This document shows positions 37,201 to 47,707 of a stretch of 64,000 nt of DNA, piece after piece. The notes below the pieces were generated by a model that was given only the letters and a program-made list of their open reading frames with translations, searched no databases and had not been told where the DNA came from. The stretch lies in NCBI GenBank assembly GCA_034429015.1, contig DAOUHA010000012.1, positions 70,615 through 134,614 of the forward strand, in the 5' to 3' direction. A program made the translations under genes and the position numbers. Each line of letters begins with the position of its first letter. Positions within the stretch are counted from its first letter, which is position 1. The DNA is from Longilinea sp. Its GTDB lineage: Bacteria > Chloroflexota > Anaerolineae > Anaerolineales > Anaerolineaceae.

Positions 37201-37386
37201 GGGAACCTCGCTGTCATGGAATGTTTGGAAATTATTGGCGATTGGTCCTGCGGATGCTCACCGGATTGGATGATTGGCATTCCAGTCTGGCAAAGACCCA
37301 GCCGTGTCTATTGTACTTCATTCAAAATTTCGGGTTGTTGCAGAAGCGGGAAAAAACAGAATTCTAAAGTGGTTGTAAGGTCGACC

Positions 37387-37415
37387 TTGACCGATTGAAC
37401 CCCCAAAGGTATAAT
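37387..37415 (+). promoter_or_regulatory. Sigma70-type promoter of the glycan locus
   Basis: TTGACC (37387-37392), a 17-nt spacer, then TATAAT (37410-37415), 25 nt upstream of ATG 37440. Confidence 0.6.
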
Positions 37416-37439
37416 TCAACGACTGAATATAGGATCTCC

Positions 37440-38901
<1,462 letters not shown>

Positions 38902-39747
38902 TTGAGAAACGCTGTCTCCGAACCCCGCACCATCATATTGCGCCCTTCCAGCGGTCTGGTTGCATTGGATTTCCGGGAGCTGTGGATTTACCGCGAGCTG
39001 GTGTACTTCCTCACCTGGCGCAGCCTGAAGGTGCGTTATAAGCAGACAATCCTGGGTGTATCCTGGGCAGTTTTGGAACCGTTTTTGACCATGGTGGTGT
39101 TCACCATATTCTTTGGCAACCTGGCAAAGGTCGGCTCGGATAATGTGCCCTACCCCATCTGGTCTTATGCTGGTTTACTGCCCTGGGGTTTGTTTTCCAA
39201 AGCCCTCAGCGATGCCAGCCGTTCATTGGTACAAAACAGCCACATGATCACCAAGATCTACTTCCCGCGCATCATTTTGCCGCTTTCATCCATCCTCGCC
39301 GGTCTGGTGGATTTTGCCATCGCCTTTGTGGTCCTGATCGGCATGATGTTGTTTTACAACACATATCCCACATCTGTAGCGTGGACTTTGCCATTATTCC
39401 TATTGCTGGCATTGATTACCGCTCTGGGTGTGGCACTCTGGCTTTCAGCATTAAATGTCAAGTACCGGGATGTTGGCTACGTGCTGCCCTTCCTGACCCA
39501 GTTCTGGCTCTTCATCACCCCGGTCGTTTATCCTTCCAGCCAGATACCCGAAAAATGGCGGTTGATTTACGGTCTCAATCCCATGACGGGTGTTGTGGAA
39601 GGTTTCCGTTGGGCTTTGCTGGGGATCCACCCGCAACCCACATTTTTCCCCATGCTGGCGGTTTCCACCGGCATGGCGTTCCTGGTCCTGCTCACTGGAA
39701 TTTTCTACTTCCGGCGCATGGAGCGGGGTTTCGCAGATGTGGTGTAA
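38902..39747 (+). CDS. wzm: ABC-2 type polysaccharide export permease (Wzm/TagG-like)
   Basis: 281 aa, six TM helices, with the N-terminal motif ELVYFLTWRSLKVRYKQTILGVSWAVLEP typical of Wzm/KpsM. Start is TTG and is uncertain. Confidence 0.85.
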   Translation: MRNAVSEPRTIILRPSSGLVALDFRELWIYRELVYFLTWRSLKVRYKQTILGVSWAVLEPFLTMVVFTIFFGNLAKVGSDNVPYPIWSYAGLLPWGLFSKALSDASRSLVQNSHMITKIYFPRIILPLSSILAGLVDFAIAFVVLIGMMLFYNTYPTSVAWTLPLFLLLALITALGVALWLSALNVKYRDVGYVLPFLTQFWLFITPVVYPSSQIPEKWRLIYGLNPMTGVVEGFRWALLGIHPQPTFFPMLAVSTGMAFLVLLTGIFYFRRMERGFADVV

Positions 39748-39751
39748 TTCC

Positions 39752-41017
39752 ATGAGTGATATCGCCATTCATGCTGAGAATATCGGAAAACGGTACCGCC
39801 TGGGAACAGCAGCCATTCATTACCCCACCCTGCGGGATGCCATCTCCGAGCGCATTCAAAAACTGCGCCGGATGGGCGCCCCCAGAGAGGAGGAAATTCT
39901 CTGGGCGTTGCGCAACCTCTCCTTTGATGTCCACCAGGGTCAGGTAATCGGGATTATCGGTCGCAACGGAGCCGGGAAAAGCACCCTGCTGAAAATTCTC
40001 AGCCGGGTGACTGAACCAACCGAGGGGACTGCTTTGATCCGCGGACGGGTTGGTTCCCTACTGGAGGTCGGCACAGGTTTTCATCCCGAACTGACCGGGC
40101 GTGAGAACATTTATCTCAACGGAGCCATCCTGGGTATGAAGCGGATGGAAATCGAAAGTAAATTTGATGAAATTGTCAGTTTTGCCGAAGTGGAGAAATT
40201 CATTGAAACCCCGGTAAAACGTTATTCCAGCGGGATGTACCTGCGGCTGGCGTTTGCAGTGGCGGCTCACCTGGAACCGGAAATTCTGATTGTGGATGAA
40301 GTGTTGGCTGTCGGCGATGCCGAGTTCCAGCGGAAATGCCTGGGGAAAATGAGTGATGTCGCCTCCCAGGGTCGCACGGTTTTATTTGTAAGCCATAACA
40401 TGTCAGCCATCCTGCGTCTTACCGAGGAAACTCTGGTCATTGACAAGGGCAGGCTGGCAATGCGGGCACCCACCCCCGAAGCGGTGGATTATTATCTTTC
40501 CAATGGTTATTCCCAGGAAGGCGAGCGTGTTTGGGAAGCGGATGAAATTCCGGCATCAGCCCACCCCTTCCGCCCTATTGCCCTCCGGGTTCGCAATTCC
40601 CGCGGTCTGGTGGTGGATTCAGTTCGCTCGGCGGAAGAATTTACCGTGGAAATGGAATATCAGTTGAAAGCCCCCATCACTGGTTTACGGGTGGGCTTAT
40701 ACCTGTCCAGCACGCGTGGTGAAATTGTATTTACTACATTCGATACTGATGAGCCGGAGGAATTTGAAGCAAACCCTGTCCGCGACGCGGGATGCTACAT
40801 CAGCCGCTGCGCAATCCCCGCTGATTTATTAAACGAGGGACGATTTGTGCTGGGGGTGAATGCCAGCACATTCCGAATAAAACGGTATTTTCAAGACGAA
40901 CAAGCGCTTACCTTTACCGTGGATGCAACCGGTGCCCCTGGGATGCAATGGCCTGAGCCGCGCCTGGGTGCAGTCCGCCCGCGCCTGGATTGGCAAATTG
41001 AAATGGTGAAATCATGA
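39752..41017 (+). CDS. wzt: Polysaccharide export ABC ATPase with a C-terminal glycan-binding-type domain (Wzt-like)
   Basis: Walker A GRNGAGKST, signature SSGMYLRLAFA and Walker B ILIVDE. About 175 extra C-terminal residues predicted to be beta-rich (Wzt_C-like). Start is ATG 39752, just after the wzm stop. Confidence 0.85.
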   Translation: MSDIAIHAENIGKRYRLGTAAIHYPTLRDAISERIQKLRRMGAPREEEILWALRNLSFDVHQGQVIGIIGRNGAGKSTLLKILSRVTEPTEGTALIRGRVGSLLEVGTGFHPELTGRENIYLNGAILGMKRMEIESKFDEIVSFAEVEKFIETPVKRYSSGMYLRLAFAVAAHLEPEILIVDEVLAVGDAEFQRKCLGKMSDVASQGRTVLFVSHNMSAILRLTEETLVIDKGRLAMRAPTPEAVDYYLSNGYSQEGERVWEADEIPASAHPFRPIALRVRNSRGLVVDSVRSAEEFTVEMEYQLKAPITGLRVGLYLSSTRGEIVFTTFDTDEPEEFEANPVRDAGCYISRCAIPADLLNEGRFVLGVNASTFRIKRYFQDEQALTFTVDATGAPGMQWPEPRLGAVRPRLDWQIEMVKS

Positions 41018-42621
41018 CAGCATCAGGAAAAGAAGTAATTAAAAATCTACTGGGGCAAATTCCATTTGCCGCTGAACTATACTATTTGGTAAGACAGAAT
41101 GGACATCCCCTGCAAACAAGGTTTACCCTCAAGGAACTTCAACAGTCGCTGCCCGGTCTGGTGGCGAAGGCTGAAGTGCTGAGAAAAGAATCCCCCAAGG
41201 GTAAAAAAGTATTTATTTTCGCAACATTGCATTATTGGATTGAACATGCCGCCGTGTTGGGCGTCGCACTCGCCGCCCAGGGTCATGATGTCATTTTTGG
41301 CTTCTTGCCCTATGCTGATTGGCAGAAAGAAATCAATTTGTTTGACCTGCGGCGTCAGAATTTATATGCCCGCCGCATCCTCAGCCCGGCTGAATCCATT
41401 ATGAAGGTGGTGTCGCTCTTCAATGCGCGCGCTCCCTACACCCCCCTGCCGGAAACCCTGGTGGAAGCGGTTCAAACCGTCACCAACTATGATGTCCAAT
41501 ACACCCTCCAGATTGAAGAAGTGGACACTGCCAGTGATATTTACAAACTGCGCAGCAATCGCAATAAGGATGCTGCCCAGACCATGCTGTCACTCCTGCG
41601 TGCCCACCACCCGGATGTGGTGATCGTGCCCAACGGCACCATCCAGGAGATGGGCATTGCCTATCGCGTGGCGCGTTCGTTAAATATTCCCACAATAACC
41701 TATGAATTCAGCGACCAACGTCAGCATATCTGGATTGCCCAAAACGATGAAATCATGCAGCAAAACACCGATGGAGTCTGGGCAACCCGCAAGGATGCGC
41801 CCCTGAAGGATTCCGAACTGGAGCGGCTGCGTTCGCTGATGGCTTCACGTCAACGCGCCACATTGTGGGAAAATTTTGCCCGCCGCTGGCAGGATACACC
41901 TGCCCAAGGAGGTTCACAGGCACGCGCTGCCCTGGGGCTGGATGCCCGCCCCATTGTATTGCTGGCTACCAATGTCCTCGGTGACAGTCTGACCCTGGGA
42001 CGCCAGGTATTCAGCAAAAGCATGGCGGAATGGATCAGCCGCACGGTGCAATATTTCACCGGTCGACCCGAATTGCAACTGGTCATCCGGGTCCACCCCG
42101 GTGAGGTGTTGATGCATGGTCAGTCGATGGTTTCAGTGGTGCGCAGTGTCCTGCCGCGTCTGCCGGAACATATCAAGCTGATCTGCCCGACAGACAAGGT
42201 TAACACCTATGATTTAATTGACGTGGCTGACCTGGGTCTGGTTTACACAACCACTGTGGGGTTGGAGATGGCGATGAATGGTCTGCCGGTCATCGTGGCT
42301 GGTCAAACGCATTACCGCGGCCGCGGCTTTACCCATGATCCCGACTCCTGGGTGAACTACTTTAAAATGTTGGGGGCATTCACCGAAAATCCATCGGAAT
42401 ATCACCTGAGCCGGTCTCAAGTTGAGAAAGCCTGGTCGTATGCCTACAGTTTCTTTTTTGAGTATCCCCTTCCCTTCCCATGGCATCTCGTCCGCCTGCC
42501 GGAAGATCTTCAGAACCATCCCATTGATGATGTTCTCAGCCCGGAAGGGTTGAAACAGTACGGTGACACCTTCCGCTACCTGGTTGGTGAACCCATTACA
42601 TGGAATAAATTTCATGACTGA
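41014..42621 (+). CDS. Putative GT-B-like capsule-biosynthesis protein (KpsC/KpsS-like ulosonic-acid transferase candidate)
   Basis: 535 aa. IRVHPGEV and VYTTTVGLEMAMNGLPVIVAGQTHYRGRGFT resemble the HP and C-terminal motifs I recall for the Capsule_synth (KpsC/KpsS) family. Not verifiable here. Confidence 0.35.
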   Translation: MTASGKEVIKNLLGQIPFAAELYYLVRQNGHPLQTRFTLKELQQSLPGLVAKAEVLRKESPKGKKVFIFATLHYWIEHAAVLGVALAAQGHDVIFGFLPYADWQKEINLFDLRRQNLYARRILSPAESIMKVVSLFNARAPYTPLPETLVEAVQTVTNYDVQYTLQIEEVDTASDIYKLRSNRNKDAAQTMLSLLRAHHPDVVIVPNGTIQEMGIAYRVARSLNIPTITYEFSDQRQHIWIAQNDEIMQQNTDGVWATRKDAPLKDSELERLRSLMASRQRATLWENFARRWQDTPAQGGSQARAALGLDARPIVLLATNVLGDSLTLGRQVFSKSMAEWISRTVQYFTGRPELQLVIRVHPGEVLMHGQSMVSVVRSVLPRLPEHIKLICPTDKVNTYDLIDVADLGLVYTTTVGLEMAMNGLPVIVAGQTHYRGRGFTHDPDSWVNYFKMLGAFTENPSEYHLSRSQVEKAWSYAYSFFFEYPLPFPWHLVRLPEDLQNHPIDDVLSPEGLKQYGDTFRYLVGEPITWNKFHD

Positions 42622-43450
42622 ACCTGACATCAAGCAGGAAGTCCGGCATTTTTATGACCGGGTCGGCTGGCAGACGGAGGCTGACGGCATGTACCAGAAT
42701 GCCCAGTATGAAGACCTGCGCCCGGTTTCGGCTGAATATATCCATCGCTGCCACCTGAGGGTAACCAAACACCTTAAATCGTGCGGGAAGTTCCTGCTGG
42801 ATGCCGGCTCCGGTCCGGTACAATATCCTGAATATCTGACCTACTCGGAAGGCTACCAGCGGCGCGTTTGTGCTGATATCTCTCCCGTTGCCCTCCAGGA
42901 AGCCCGCAAACGGCTGGGTGACCATGGATTCTATGTGGTCATGGATGTCGCCCACCTGCCCTTCAAGGATGATGCGTTTGACGGTGTGGTATCCCTGCAT
43001 ACCCTGCACCATCTGCCTGCTGCTGAGCAGATCCTGGCATACGAAGACATCCATCGGGTGATGGCGCCTGACAGCACAACCGTGGTTGTCAACGGCTGGA
43101 CGGATGCGCCCTTCATGCGGCGGATGGATCGGCTGGTCAGGTTAATGGAACGCTTCAACCGGAAGAAATCCCTGGCTGCCAGTCCGGCAAGCCAGGAGAA
43201 AAAAGAATCGCCCAGCGGTACTTTTGTTCAAAAAATAAATATTACCTGGCTCATCAATGAAGTTGCCAACCACATCCCGCTGGAAGTGTACGTATGGCGC
43301 AGCACCAGCGTGCGTTTCCTCAGGGCGGTCATACACCCATGGCTGGCAGGCAGGTTGTGGCTCAAGCTGCTGTATGCATTGGAGGAACGATATCCCCGCT
43401 GGTTTGGCGAAAATGGTCAATACCCGTTGGTGGTGATCAAGAAATCCTAA
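42614..43450 (+). CDS. Class I SAM-dependent methyltransferase
   Basis: LLDAGSGP motif I and DGVVSLHTLHH. ATG 42614 overlaps the preceding stop codon. Confidence 0.8.
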   Translation: MTEPDIKQEVRHFYDRVGWQTEADGMYQNAQYEDLRPVSAEYIHRCHLRVTKHLKSCGKFLLDAGSGPVQYPEYLTYSEGYQRRVCADISPVALQEARKRLGDHGFYVVMDVAHLPFKDDAFDGVVSLHTLHHLPAAEQILAYEDIHRVMAPDSTTVVVNGWTDAPFMRRMDRLVRLMERFNRKKSLAASPASQEKKESPSGTFVQKINITWLINEVANHIPLEVYVWRSTSVRFLRAVIHPWLAGRLWLKLLYALEERYPRWFGENGQYPLVVIKKS

Positions 43451-44469
43451 TGGAGAATGACATGGATTGGAAAAATCAGGTTGTTCTGGTAACCGGCGGT
43501 ACCGGTTCGTTCGGTAAAAAATTCATTGATATCATGCTGCGGGAATATCATCCCGCCAAATTAATTGTTTTCAGCCGTGATGAATTAAAGCAGCATGAGA
43601 TGCGCGCCAGCGGGTTTGATGCCCCCAACCTGCGCTATTTCATCGGAGATGTACGCGACCGTGACCGCCTGCAACGCGCCTTCAACGGCGTGAACATCGT
43701 GGTGCATGCCGCAGCTCTCAAGCAGGTGCCTGCCTGCGAATATAACCCGATGGAAGCCATCAAGACCAACATCCTGGGCAGCAGCAATGTGATTGATGCT
43801 GCCATTGACGCTGGCGTCAGCCGGGTACTGGCACTCAGCACGGATAAAGCCGTCAACCCGGTCAACCTGTATGGAGCCACCAAGCTGGCAGCCGAAAAAT
43901 TATTTGTGCAATCCAATGCCTATGCAGGCGGTACAGCCACCCGCTTTTCCTGCGTCCGATATGGAAACGTGGTGGGCAGCCGTGGTAGTGTGGTTCCGGT
44001 ATTTTTGAAACAACGCCAGAATGGGCGCGTCACCATCACTGATGAACGCATGACCCGCTTTTGGATTTCCCTGGAACAGGGCGTCCATTTTGTTATCCGC
44101 TGCATTGAACAGATGCAGGGCGGCGAAGTCTTTGTCCCCAAAATTCCATCCTGTACCCTTATGGACCTGGCATATGCCATCGCACCCGACGCAGAAATCG
44201 AAGTCATTGGCATCCGCCCCGGTGAGAAACTTCATGAAGTGCTGATCTCCGAAGACGAAGCCCGCACCACAGTGGAGTTGGATGATATGTTCGTGGTTGA
44301 ACCCGCGGAAGCGTTCTGGTTTGGCGGCAAATGGAAGGAACGCGGCAACCTTTTGCCGGATGATTTCCGTTATGCCAGCAACAACAACCCCGAGTGGTTA
44401 ACCGTCGAGCAAATCCAGCAGATGGTCGCCCCCATTGAAGCGGAGTATCTGCAGGACAAAATCGATTGA
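43450..44469 (+). CDS. pseB: UDP-N-acetylglucosamine 4,6-dehydratase (inverting), PseB/FlaA1-like
   Basis: Near-colinear with remembered H. pylori FlaA1: VTGGTGSFGK, SRDELKQHEM, FIGDVRDRDRL, HAAALKQVPACEYNPMEAIKTNILG, STDKAVNPVNLYGATKL, RYGNVVGSRGSVVPVF, MTRFWI, IRPGEKLHEV. The start could also be ATG 43462. Confidence 0.8.
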   Translation: MENDMDWKNQVVLVTGGTGSFGKKFIDIMLREYHPAKLIVFSRDELKQHEMRASGFDAPNLRYFIGDVRDRDRLQRAFNGVNIVVHAAALKQVPACEYNPMEAIKTNILGSSNVIDAAIDAGVSRVLALSTDKAVNPVNLYGATKLAAEKLFVQSNAYAGGTATRFSCVRYGNVVGSRGSVVPVFLKQRQNGRVTITDERMTRFWISLEQGVHFVIRCIEQMQGGEVFVPKIPSCTLMDLAYAIAPDAEIEVIGIRPGEKLHEVLISEDEARTTVELDDMFVVEPAEAFWFGGKWKERGNLLPDDFRYASNNNPEWLTVEQIQQMVAPIEAEYLQDKID

Positions 44470-44503
44470 ATAAATCAGCAGAGTAGACCGCACAAGGAGG
44501 AAG

Positions 44504-45451
44504 ATGACGCATATCCTCATCACCGGTGTGAGTGGTTTGCTGGGTTTGAACCTGGCACTGGATTGCTGTGAGTCATATCAGGTGACTGGTGTTGCAAATC
44601 ATCACAGGCTTCCGGGGGCATCGTTCCCTGTCATTCAAACCGACTTAAGCCAGCCGGGATCGGTCCAAAACCTGTTGGATGAAACCCTGCCTGACGTGCT
44701 GATCCACTGTGCTGCCCTCGCCAACCTGGAAGCCTGTGAAGCCAATCCGGAAACAGCGAAACATGTGAATGCCGTTTTACCGGGTGAATTTGCCCTGGAA
44801 ACCCACAACCGGGGAATCCGCATGGTGCACATTTCAACGGATGCCGTCTTTGACGGACAGATCCCCCTGCCGCAATCCCTTGCGCCAATCATCGGCGGAT
44901 ACCAGGAGGGGGATGCCCCCAATCCGCTCAGTGTTTACGCCCGAACCAAGCTTGATGGTGAGCTCGCAGTTTCATCAGCCAGCCCGGATGCCATTATTGC
45001 CCGTGTTAATTTCTTTGGCTGGAGCCTCTCAGGGCGCCGCAGTCTATCCGAGTTCTTTTTTAATAACCTCTCCACCGGAAACCAGGTGAAGGGCTTTACA
45101 GATGTATTTTTCTGCCCGCTTTTAGCCAATCACCTGGGTCGGATCCTGTTGAAAATGGTTGAAAAAGGTTTGACGGGTCTGTACCATGTAGTCAGCCCGG
45201 AAGCTGTCAGCAAGGATGAATTTGGCAGAAGGCTGGCACGCCGGTTCGGTTTGGACGAATCCCTCATCACTCCAACCTCCGTCACCCGGGGTGGGTTGAA
45301 AGCCGCACGTTCCCCAAATCTTGTGCTATCCACCCAAAAATTAACCGAAGCCCTGGGCGAACCCGCCCCGGATATTAATGCCGGGCTGGAAGAATATTAC
45401 AACCTGTGGAAACAGGGTTATCCCAACCGGCTTGTCAGGATGAATGGATAA
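44504..45451 (+). CDS. SDR-family sugar nucleotide 4-ketoreductase (RmlD substrate-binding family)
   Basis: ILITGVSGLLG, HCAALANLEACEANPE, STDAVFDG and YARTKLDGE (YxxxK). Confidence 0.75.
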   Translation: MTHILITGVSGLLGLNLALDCCESYQVTGVANHHRLPGASFPVIQTDLSQPGSVQNLLDETLPDVLIHCAALANLEACEANPETAKHVNAVLPGEFALETHNRGIRMVHISTDAVFDGQIPLPQSLAPIIGGYQEGDAPNPLSVYARTKLDGELAVSSASPDAIIARVNFFGWSLSGRRSLSEFFFNNLSTGNQVKGFTDVFFCPLLANHLGRILLKMVEKGLTGLYHVVSPEAVSKDEFGRRLARRFGLDESLITPTSVTRGGLKAARSPNLVLSTQKLTEALGEPAPDINAGLEEYYNLWKQGYPNRLVRMNG

Positions 45452-45485
45452 TAATCCCCTCTTTGTAAAGGTATAAAAGGAGTTC

Positions 45486-46556
45486 ATGATGGATATTCAA
45501 ATTGGTAAACATCTCCTTGGGGAAAAACACCCCACCTATTTTATTGCAGATATTGCAGCCAATCATGATGGCAGCCTGGAACGCGCCAGGATGCTCATCC
45601 GTTTGGCTGCTGAAGCTGGTGCAGATGCTGCAAAGTTCCAAAATTTCCGGGCTCCCAAAATCGTCTCGGATTATGGCTTCCGTACCATGGGAGGTCAACA
45701 ATCCCATCAGGCAAAGTGGAAGAAGTCCGTCTTTGAGGTTTATCAGGGGGCATCCATTCCCTTTGATTGGACACCCGAACTTAAAGCGGTTTGCGAAGAA
45801 GCCGGGATTGATTATTTTTCCTCGCCATATGATTTTGAAGCTGTGGATTACCTGGATTCATTTGTCCCTGCGCACAAAATTGGCTCCGGTGAAATCGACT
45901 GGCTGGAAGAATTGGAATATATTGCCCACAAGGGCAAACCAATTCTGCTTGCCACAGGAGCTGCCAGCATTGGGGAAGTCCAACAGGCGGTTCACACCAT
46001 CCTGGCAATCAATCCCCAGCTGGTGCTGATGCAGTGCAATACCAACTACACCGGAAGTGTTGAGAATTTCAATCATGTCCATCTGAATGTACTCAAATCC
46101 TACAAGCTGATGTTCCCCAACCTGGTACTTGGACTCTCCGACCACACCCCGGGGCATGCAGCAGTGCTTGGCGCTGTGGCATTGGGTGCCCGCTGCGTGG
46201 AAAAACATTTTACTGACGATCGAAACCGTGAGGGACCTGATCACGGATTTGCGATGGATCCCCGCGGCTGGCGGGAGATGGTGGAGCGCACCCGTGAGCT
46301 GGAACGTGCTCTTGGTTCAGCCGACAAGTTTGTAACCGAAAATGAACAACAGACTGTCATCATCCAGCGCCGCTGCCTGCGCGCTGCCCGGGATATCCAG
46401 CCAGGTGAGGTGTTGACCCGGGAAATGATCGATGTGCTGCGACCCGCAACACCCGGAGCAATCCTGCCGCCCCACATCCCGGAAGTCATTGGGTACAAAG
46501 CCGCCCATTCCATCCCGGCTGGCAAAGAGATCCGGTGGACAGATCTTGCTAAATGA
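45486..46556 (+). CDS. NeuB/PseI/SpsE-family nonulosonic acid synthase
   Basis: FIADIAANHDGSLERARMLIRLAAEAGADAAKFQ (compare SpsE/NeuB AEAGxNHxG...AGADAVKFQ), KIGSGE, and a C-terminal SAF domain (PGEVLTREMIDVLRP). Confidence 0.85.
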   Translation: MMDIQIGKHLLGEKHPTYFIADIAANHDGSLERARMLIRLAAEAGADAAKFQNFRAPKIVSDYGFRTMGGQQSHQAKWKKSVFEVYQGASIPFDWTPELKAVCEEAGIDYFSSPYDFEAVDYLDSFVPAHKIGSGEIDWLEELEYIAHKGKPILLATGAASIGEVQQAVHTILAINPQLVLMQCNTNYTGSVENFNHVHLNVLKSYKLMFPNLVLGLSDHTPGHAAVLGAVALGARCVEKHFTDDRNREGPDHGFAMDPRGWREMVERTRELERALGSADKFVTENEQQTVIIQRRCLRAARDIQPGEVLTREMIDVLRPATPGAILPPHIPEVIGYKAAHSIPAGKEIRWTDLAK

Positions 46557-47695
46557 GAATTCTTTATTTCACACAAGATTACACCCCCCACGATTACCGA
46601 TTTTTAAGCTCGCTGGCTAAAACCGGACATGAGATATATTACCTGCGGCTCGAACGGCGGAATGCCCAATCGGAAGACCGTCCTTTGCCATCACAGGTCC
46701 ATCAAATCCAATGGAGGGGCGGCAAAAAACCCTTTCAATGGCGGGATGCCCCCTTCCTGTTGATAGACCTGCGGCGCGTCCTGCACTGGATCCAGCCGGA
46801 TATACTGCACGCCGGTCCGGTTCAATCCGTGGCATTCCTGGCTGCGCTGAGCGGTTTTCAGCCCCTGGTGACCATGTCCTGGGGATCGGATATGCTGGTA
46901 GATGCCGATCGGATGCAGAAGCGAACCCATTTCACCCTCAAACGGACGTCAATCTTCCTGGGTGACTGTCTGGCTGTGAGGAACAAGGCAAAAGAATACG
47001 GTTTCCCGGTGGAGCGCACGGTATTGTTCCCATGGGGTGTGAACCTGGAACAGTTCTCACCCTCATCCAATCCAGGGCGCCGGGCTGAAATGAGCTGGGG
47101 GGAGGACACCTTTGTTCTTCTTTCCGTCCGCTCCTGGGAGACCCTCTACGGTGTGGATGTGCTGGTGCGCGGTTTTGCCCGTGCCGCTGAAATCGCCCCA
47201 CAGCTCAGGCTCTTCCTGCTGGCGGATGGCTCGCAGTCCGGCAAGTTGCGCCAAATCCTTGCCCAACATGACCTGCTCGACCGGGTCAGTTTTCCCGGAC
47301 GCGTTGGTCAGGCTGATCTTCCGTCTTTCTACCAGGCATCCGACCTGTACATCAGTGCCTCCCACAGTGATGGGTCATCCGTATCGCTGATGGAGGCGCT
47401 TGCCTGCGGTCTGCCCGCCCTGGTTTCAGATATTCCCGGCAACCGGGAATGGATTACTCCCGGCGGGGAAGGCTGGCTTTTTCCCGACGGAGATGACTGC
47501 GCCTTGGCAGACTGCATTTTGGAAGCTCTCCGGCAGCGTGAGCGGCTTGATGTCATGGGTAAAACTGCCCGTGCTCTCGCTGAACAGCGGGCTGATTGGA
47601 AAATTAATTTTCAAACCATGCTCAACGGCTATGCGCAGGCTTTGGAGCTTCACCAGATCAAACCACCCGTGAAAAGGGGCAACTTTATTTTCTGA
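46553..47695 (+). CDS. Glycosyltransferase family 4 (GT-B, retaining)
   Basis: SHSDGSSVSLMEALACGLPALVSDIPGNREWI (EX7E region). ATGA overlap with the preceding gene. Confidence 0.85.
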   Translation: MRILYFTQDYTPHDYRFLSSLAKTGHEIYYLRLERRNAQSEDRPLPSQVHQIQWRGGKKPFQWRDAPFLLIDLRRVLHWIQPDILHAGPVQSVAFLAALSGFQPLVTMSWGSDMLVDADRMQKRTHFTLKRTSIFLGDCLAVRNKAKEYGFPVERTVLFPWGVNLEQFSPSSNPGRRAEMSWGEDTFVLLSVRSWETLYGVDVLVRGFARAAEIAPQLRLFLLADGSQSGKLRQILAQHDLLDRVSFPGRVGQADLPSFYQASDLYISASHSDGSSVSLMEALACGLPALVSDIPGNREWITPGGEGWLFPDGDDCALADCILEALRQRERLDVMGKTARALAEQRADWKINFQTMLNGYAQALELHQIKPPVKRGNFIF

Positions 47696-47707
47696 TACAA
47701 TGCAACC

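Noticed and set aside
43450-45451. Reading the dehydratase/reductase pair as FnlA/FnlB (CapE/CapF) of the UDP-L-FucNAc pathway.
   Set aside because: The dehydratase matches remembered PseB/FlaA1 along its whole length, including the C-terminal tail, and there is no FnlC-type 2-epimerase. The alternative cannot be excluded without phylogeny, so it is mentioned under the findings rather than annotated.
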